Positions 48,670-53,840 of a stretch of DNA of 53,840 nucleotides are shown one piece after another. The stretch covers positions 1 to 53,840 of IMG/VR virus record IMGVR_UViG_3300047309_000142, one strand, 5' to 3'. Every line of letters begins with the position of its first letter. The first letter of the stretch is position 1. The DNA comes from a virus. Its lineage: Duplodnaviria > Caudoviricetes. The notes beneath the pieces are model-generated. The model did no database searches, was not told the origin of the DNA, and worked only from the letters and a program-made list of their open reading frames with translations. The translations under genes and the position numbers were made by a program.

Positions 48670-49353
48670 TTGTTAATACAACGCTACGATTACAAAGCAA
48701 TTTCACGCAAGACAGAGGATGGTAAACGTCATTATTGTTTGCCGGATGGCAGCAAAGTGCCGTCAGTTACTACCATACTTGAAGCCACTAAGCCAGAATC
48801 AAGCAAAAAAGCTTTGTTTGAATGGCGTAGGCGAGTAGGCGAAAAACAAGCGCAGGAAATAACTACAGAAGCGGCTAGTCGTGGTACACGTATGCATACC
48901 TACTTGGAACATTACGTGAAAGACGGACAATTACGAGCTGCTGGAAGCAATCCCTACGCTCAGCAAAGCCACAAAATGGCTGAAATAGTGATTAAAGAAG
49001 GACTAGCTAATGCCACAGAAATTTGGGGTATGGAAGTACCGCTATATTGCTCTGGTCTTTATGCTGGTACTTCAGACTGCGTGGGACTATGGAAAACAAA
49101 ACCTGCTATTTTGGATTTTAAACAAACGAATAAACCAAAAAAACGCGAATGGATTGAGGATTATTTCTTGCAACTAGCGGCCTATGCCCTGGCACACAAC
49201 GAAACGCACGGTACCGATATAAAGAATGGCGTGATACTAATGTGCAGCAAGGATTTTCAGTTTCAGCAGTTTGAAATAACTGATACCGAATTCCAAAAAT
49301 ATATTGATGCTTGGCTAAACCGAGTAGAGCAATATTACCGCATAAATACATAG
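48670..49353 (+). CDS. PD-(D/E)XK exonuclease (Cas4/MGME1-like phage exonuclease)
   Basis: PSVTTIL, RGTRMH, E...YAGTSD...ILDFKQ, QLAAYA. Confidence 0.88.
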   Translation: MLIQRYDYKAISRKTEDGKRHYCLPDGSKVPSVTTILEATKPESSKKALFEWRRRVGEKQAQEITTEAASRGTRMHTYLEHYVKDGQLRAAGSNPYAQQSHKMAEIVIKEGLANATEIWGMEVPLYCSGLYAGTSDCVGLWKTKPAILDFKQTNKPKKREWIEDYFLQLAAYALAHNETHGTDIKNGVILMCSKDFQFQQFEITDTEFQKYIDAWLNRVEQYYRINT

Positions 49354-49372
49354 ATAACAGAGGATATTATCT

Positions 49373-51001
49373 ATGGCCATAGTAAGTATTAGCCAAATCA
49401 AACATAGACGAGGCAGTTTAGACGATCTACCGCAATTAGCCAGCGGTGAATTAGGTTGGGCCATAGATGCTCGAAGATTGTTTATAGGCAATGGTGCAAC
49501 TACAGAAGGTGCGCCCGAGATAGGCAATACGGAAATCCTAACTGAATACAGCGATGTTCTAGCCTTATTGTATACCTATACCTACAAGGGAACAAGCGCA
49601 GGTTACACAGCTAGTACTGGTATAGACGCAAATGATCCCACAGTTCGTAGTATACAACAAAAGCTGGACGACTTTGTCAGCGTAAAAGACTTTGGTGCTA
49701 CTGGTGATGGTACTACAGATGATACTGCCGCTATAAACAGAGCACTGTATGATCTTTATTGCAGAAGCGGTAACCTAATTAGTCCAACCCAAGTAAGACG
49801 TGCTTTGTATTTTCCAGCCGGTACTTATATTGTATCAGCTGAGGTTAAAATTCCTCCCTATGCGACTTTGCGTGGTGACGGTTTAGACTGCACAGTAATA
49901 AAACAAAGTACAGCATCCACAGTTGTAGCTAAAGTCAGTGACAGTTTACAGCAGGTTGACACTAATCAGGGCAATAACAGTGCAACAAAAAGTCGATATA
50001 TTGAAATTAGTGGCATCACATTTAAACAAACAGATGCACAAGCTGGTGATCCTGCGTCTTACACAAACATTGAAGATGTATTTTTAATTAGTACAGGATC
50101 ACAAATATCATTCACTGATTGTAAGTTTGAAGGTCCTTTTGTTAATCATTCAACAACAAGTTATATTAACTTGCCCAATCCACAAGGTACTAGTAACAAA
50201 GCCTGCTTTAGTTTGAATTCTCCTACTGCCGCTAATGGCACAACCTATAATGTTTCATTTAAGCGTTGTGAATTTAGCAGCCATACCTACGGAGCTAGAA
50301 TCAACAATACAGTCTACAACGTAGTATTTGATCAATGTTACTTTGCTTACCTGTACAGCGGTGTGCAGGTTGGAACCGATCCACGCGGAGTAAAAGTATG
50401 TGGTAGTTTGTTTGACAGCATTTATGGTCAAGCAGTTTACAGTTCGGCACCAGGTACTGCTTGTGTATACAACACATATCTTGACGTGGGAACAAACTTT
50501 TTAGGTATTAATTCGGTCACTGCGGTCACTGCCGTAGTTGAATTCAATGCGAATGATTGTTCAAGTTTAGGTGACTATTTTGCACGAGTCGATGCAGCCA
50601 CCAGTACTTACCCACGCATTCAATATAACAGTTATGTGGATTATTCCGTAATTGCAGGAAAGTTTATTCAATACGGTAACCACTACGAAGAATCTGGAAA
50701 ACAGGCGGTCATTGGTGACAATGCCAGTGGTACTTTGGTCAGTTTTGATTCAACCAAAGTAAGTGGTGCTTTCATTGAGTATGTATTAACCAGAGGTACG
50801 ACCGCAGCAAGAACTGGCACCATATATCTAAGCGTATTTAACGGAAATTCGGCAGTCAACGATGTTTCGCGAAATAATGGTACTAATCCAGATGTTACTT
50901 TTTCAACTAGCATGGTTAGCACTACCTGTAATCTTACATATTCTTCCGGGAGTAGTCTCGGTGCAACAACAATAAAATACAGAATTAAATATTTCCTATA
51001 G
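49373..51001 (+). CDS. Tailspike-like protein: Mtd-N-like domain plus pectate-lyase-type beta-helix
   Basis: QIKHRRG...LASGELGWAID.RRLFIG; VSVKDFGATGDGTTDDTAAINRA...LYFPAGTY; TAAATA at 49343. Confidence 0.85.
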   Translation: MAIVSISQIKHRRGSLDDLPQLASGELGWAIDARRLFIGNGATTEGAPEIGNTEILTEYSDVLALLYTYTYKGTSAGYTASTGIDANDPTVRSIQQKLDDFVSVKDFGATGDGTTDDTAAINRALYDLYCRSGNLISPTQVRRALYFPAGTYIVSAEVKIPPYATLRGDGLDCTVIKQSTASTVVAKVSDSLQQVDTNQGNNSATKSRYIEISGITFKQTDAQAGDPASYTNIEDVFLISTGSQISFTDCKFEGPFVNHSTTSYINLPNPQGTSNKACFSLNSPTAANGTTYNVSFKRCEFSSHTYGARINNTVYNVVFDQCYFAYLYSGVQVGTDPRGVKVCGSLFDSIYGQAVYSSAPGTACVYNTYLDVGTNFLGINSVTAVTAVVEFNANDCSSLGDYFARVDAATSTYPRIQYNSYVDYSVIAGKFIQYGNHYEESGKQAVIGDNASGTLVSFDSTKVSGAFIEYVLTRGTTAARTGTIYLSVFNGNSAVNDVSRNNGTNPDVTFSTSMVSTTCNLTYSSGSSLGATTIKYRIKYFL

Positions 51002-51009
51002 AGGCGTAG

Positions 51010-51468
51010 TTGAAGGATCTTATTTGGTATCAAAAGTCAGATCAACGACTTGCTGCGTGGCGTGAACTACGTCAGGAACTCAATACTATGCAACTGGATG
51101 CTGCACTGTGCCGCGTCAGTGAGTTTTGGAGTTTTGCCCCCTATGTTACATACTATCTTGATCCTGCGCGACCGCAGGATTGGCCAGACCCGTGGCTATT
51201 ATTGAGCGAAAATTACTACTGCGATCTAGCAAAAACACTGGGAATATTTTATACTATTGCCTTAACAGATCATGGCGTTAATGACTTAAAACTGCGTATT
51301 TTATATGATATAAATCGTAAAGAACAGATCAATATAGTTATTGTTAATAATAAACAGGTTATAAATTATCACTTTGCTGAGGTTGTAAATACAGATGTCA
51401 TTGCGCAGGACGCAAGTGTAAAATACAGCTACGATGCAGCGGTTTTAAAAATTTCAGATTACAAGTAA
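51010..51468 (+). CDS. Hypothetical protein, weak transglutaminase-like (BTLCP) resemblance
   Basis: GAGG RBS, TTG start; WPDPW.LL...YCDLAK.LG..YT. Confidence 0.6.
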   Translation: MKDLIWYQKSDQRLAAWRELRQELNTMQLDAALCRVSEFWSFAPYVTYYLDPARPQDWPDPWLLLSENYYCDLAKTLGIFYTIALTDHGVNDLKLRILYDINRKEQINIVIVNNKQVINYHFAEVVNTDVIAQDASVKYSYDAAVLKISDYK

Positions 51469-51480
51469 TGGAGTAAATCA

Positions 51481-53118
51481 ATGAGTCAACAAATACAAGT
51501 CACAAAAAGAAATGGCAGTAAGGAATCACTAGAGCTAGAAAAACTTCACAAAGTAGTTTTTTGGGCAACGGAAAACCTAAATAATGTAAGCGCAAGTGAA
51601 GTTGAAATTAAAAGTCATATACAGTTTTACAACGGAATAAAAACAAGAGATATTCAGGAAACACTGATCAAAAGTGCAGCAGACTTAATTGATGAAGATC
51701 ATCCTAATTACCAATATGTAGCCGGTAGATTAATTAACTATAATTTGCGTAAGGAAGTATACGGTGATATTACTCCATGGCCACTAGTTAAACTAATAAA
51801 ACGCAATGTAGAGATAGGTTACTATGACAGCGAAATATTAGACAGTTATAGCACGGACGAACTATCAGAATTAGGCGAATACATTGATCATGAGCGTGAT
51901 ATGAAGTTTACGTATGCTGCAATGGAACAATGGCGTGGCAAATACTTGGTAAAAAATCGTGTTACCAGTGAGATGTATGAAACACCACAAGTGGCATATA
52001 TGCTGATCGCAGCCACACTTTTTGCAAAATACCCCAAAGAAACCAGACTGCGTTGGGTAAAAGATTATTACGATGCGGTTAGCCAACACTTCATTAGTTT
52101 GCCTACCCCCATGATGGCAGGTCTACGTACACCGCAACGACAGTTCAGTAGTTGTGTACTAATTGAAACCGACGACAGTTTGGATAGCATCAGTGCTACT
52201 AGCGCCAGCATCGTTCGATACGTAAGCCAAAAAGCAGGGATTGGCATTGGTGGTGGTCGTATTCGAGCATTAGGATCACCAATACGCAAGGGCGATGCTT
52301 TTCACACAGGGGTAATACCATTTTACAAAGTTTTCCAAGCAGCTACTCGCAGTTGCAGTCAGGGTGGTGTACGCAATGGTGCAGCTACATTGTACTATCC
52401 AATTTGGCACTTGGAAGTTGAGGATTTGTTGGTATTGAAAAACAATAAAGGTACCGAAGACAATCGCATTCGCCACATGGATTATGGTGTTCAATTTAAT
52501 AAATTGATGTATGAGCGTTTGCTTACTGGTGGCGATATTACGTTATTCAGTCCACATGATGTACCTGAAATGTATGATGCTTTCTTTGCAGATCAGGAGC
52601 GATTTAAAGAACTATATGAACGTGCCGAACGCAATACAAAACTAAAAAAGAAAACAGTTCGTGCACTAGATTTATTTTCGGCATTCATGAACGAGCGCAA
52701 GGATACAGGGCGCATTTATTTGATGAACGTAGATCATGCCAATACTCACAGCAGCTTCCTATCCGAACATGCACCAGTTAGGATGTCCAATCTTTGCTGT
52801 GTAGATGGTGACACTCAAGTAACGTTTATGCACGAGGACGGAAAAATAGAGCAGATGTCAGTATCAAGTGCTGTTGAAAGATTCGAATTGGGAAATTTGA
52901 CAAATTCAAAGATTAAGAGTTTTGTGGCTGGAAAAGTCTCTTGGGAAGATATTTCAGCAGCGATTAAAACGAAAACGGTTACCGAACTTTACGAGATTGC
53001 GGATGAGTGCGGAAACATTTTGAGATGCACCGGTGATCATTTAGTTTTTACCAAAAATCGAGGGTATGTTCGTGCTGATGAATTAAGAGAAACCGACGAG
53101 CTATGCGTTGAAATTTGA
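51481..53118 (+). CDS. nrdA: Ribonucleotide reductase class Ia alpha, N-terminal fragment (aa 1-439) fused to a split N-intein
   Basis: ATP cone VTKRNG, ETPQ, PTP.MAG.RT..RQFSSC, SCSQGGVRNG, then SNLC, intein sequence and a stop. Confidence 0.95.
   Translation: MSQQIQVTKRNGSKESLELEKLHKVVFWATENLNNVSASEVEIKSHIQFYNGIKTRDIQETLIKSAADLIDEDHPNYQYVAGRLINYNLRKEVYGDITPWPLVKLIKRNVEIGYYDSEILDSYSTDELSELGEYIDHERDMKFTYAAMEQWRGKYLVKNRVTSEMYETPQVAYMLIAATLFAKYPKETRLRWVKDYYDAVSQHFISLPTPMMAGLRTPQRQFSSCVLIETDDSLDSISATSASIVRYVSQKAGIGIGGGRIRALGSPIRKGDAFHTGVIPFYKVFQAATRSCSQGGVRNGAATLYYPIWHLEVEDLLVLKNNKGTEDNRIRHMDYGVQFNKLMYERLLTGGDITLFSPHDVPEMYDAFFADQERFKELYERAERNTKLKKKTVRALDLFSAFMNERKDTGRIYLMNVDHANTHSSFLSEHAPVRMSNLCCVDGDTQVTFMHEDGKIEQMSVSSAVERFELGNLTNSKIKSFVAGKVSWEDISAAIKTKTVTELYEIADECGNILRCTGDHLVFTKNRGYVRADELRETDELCVEI
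52798..53115 (+). mobile_element. N-terminal half (106 aa) of a naturally split intein
   Basis: Block A CVDGDTQV, block B LRCTGDHLVFTKNRGYVRADEL, then a stop with no C-terminal HN motif. Confidence 0.9.
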
Positions 53119-53126
53119 TTACCAAG

Positions 53127-53159
53127 TATAAATATACATGTGGAGGAACCATATGTATA
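53127..53159 (+). promoter_or_regulatory. T4-type late promoter overlapping an RBS/start-sequestering hairpin
   Basis: TATAAATA at 53127-53134; 11-bp stem TATACATGTGG-AGGAA-CCATATGTATA (one G:U) covering GGAGG and the ATG at 53153. Confidence 0.8.
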
Positions 53160-53840
53160 AACAACTTTACAAAACGATCATTGATACTGCGAAGAAAGAA
53201 AACAGAGTGAAATATCAGGGGATATATTACGAAAACCATCATGTTGTTCCGGAGTTTATGTTTAAGAATAGGAAACGTTCGGGGCCAAAAGGACTTTTGG
53301 AATTTAGTTTTACTTACATTTTCGGAACATCTTTTAGCTCATTATTATCTATTTGAAATATACAAAAATACTCGTTATGCTTATTCTGCTGGGTCTGCTT
53401 TGCAGTTTTTCTTTGTTAAGGCAACTGGGAAACATAAAAGACAATTAAATTTATCAGAAGTTGATCAAAAACTCCTAAAGGAGATGGAACATTTACGATT
53501 AATTGGGATAGAAAGTATAAGTAAAGCAAGGCGTGGGAAAATGCCAGCAATTGACGCCATTACTAGGGAAAAGAAAGGTTCGGTACCGGTAGATCATCCT
53601 AAAGTATTATCTGGAGAATGGGTACATCATAGCAAAGGTGTTCCGGGAAAATCCGGAAGAGACATGAATGGCTCAAAAAATAACAACTTCAAAGAAATGA
53701 GCAAAGAACGTAAGGAGCGGTTGTGGAGATGTGTTGTTAATTCGTGCCAAGATAATTATTTGAAGAAAAAATTACTTTTGGAAAAGATTAAGGAAGAATT
53801 CACCGAATTTAAAAAAATTTCATTAGTTTGGGTATTGAAT
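53153..53840 (+). pseudogene. Free-standing HNH homing endonuclease (MobE-like), frameshifted and truncated by the window edge
   Basis: Frame 0 gives YYENHHVVP...SGPKG. The +1 frame from 53301 gives NLVLLTFSEHLLAHYYL and is open to the window end. Confidence 0.8.

Noticed and set aside
48670-49353. Exonuclease as a CRISPR-associated Cas4
   Set aside because: There is no Fe-S cysteine cluster pattern, no cas neighbours and no array; it is a typical stand-alone phage exonuclease.
53138-53356. 72-aa ORF as an independent complete gene
   Set aside because: It is the 5' part of the frameshifted HNH gene; the SD supports the ATG at 53153.
1-53840. Stop-codon reassignment
   Set aside because: TAA, TAG and TGA all end well-packed genes, and long conserved genes are uninterrupted in the standard code.
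53119-53840. Group I intron interrupting nrdA
   Set aside because: The interruption begins with in-frame intein motifs, and there are only ~35 non-coding bases before the HNH gene, so no ribozyme core is visible. Sequence beyond the window cannot be assessed.

Overview
This window is a gene-dense segment of a large dsDNA tailed bacteriophage, a distant T4-like type with sigma70 early promoters and TAAATA late promoters. It uses the standard genetic code, and ClpS and class Ia NrdA suggest a proteobacterial host. In order, it contains: two divergent glycosyltransferases, a PD-(D/E)XK-like late protein, clpS and small early genes, an AAA ATPase, and a replication block (UvsW-like helicase, gp62-like clamp-loader subunit, zinc-finger protein, 192-aa mini DnaE-like protein). 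Next comes a ~29 kb tail/adhesin block with Mtd-N fibres, a Cys-rich YadA-like repeat protein, a 2OG-Fe(II) oxygenase, a 3114-aa coiled-coil fibre, a 1780-aa RCC1-repeat protein and GT9-methyltransferase/methyltransferase/GT25 genes. After that are primase, helicase, late head-associated genes, an exonuclease and a tailspike. The window ends with an nrdA fractured at its catalytic cysteine by an apparently split intein, followed by a frameshifted HNH homing endonuclease gene. The main points of interest are the split-intein RNR with a hairpin-gated HNH gene, an RCC1 protein read as a 7-blade hub with four inserted 7-blade propellers, the mini C-family polymerase, a candidate virion-protein modification system, and a five-copy GGCWC repeat. 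All family calls come from motif recognition by eye, not from database searches.
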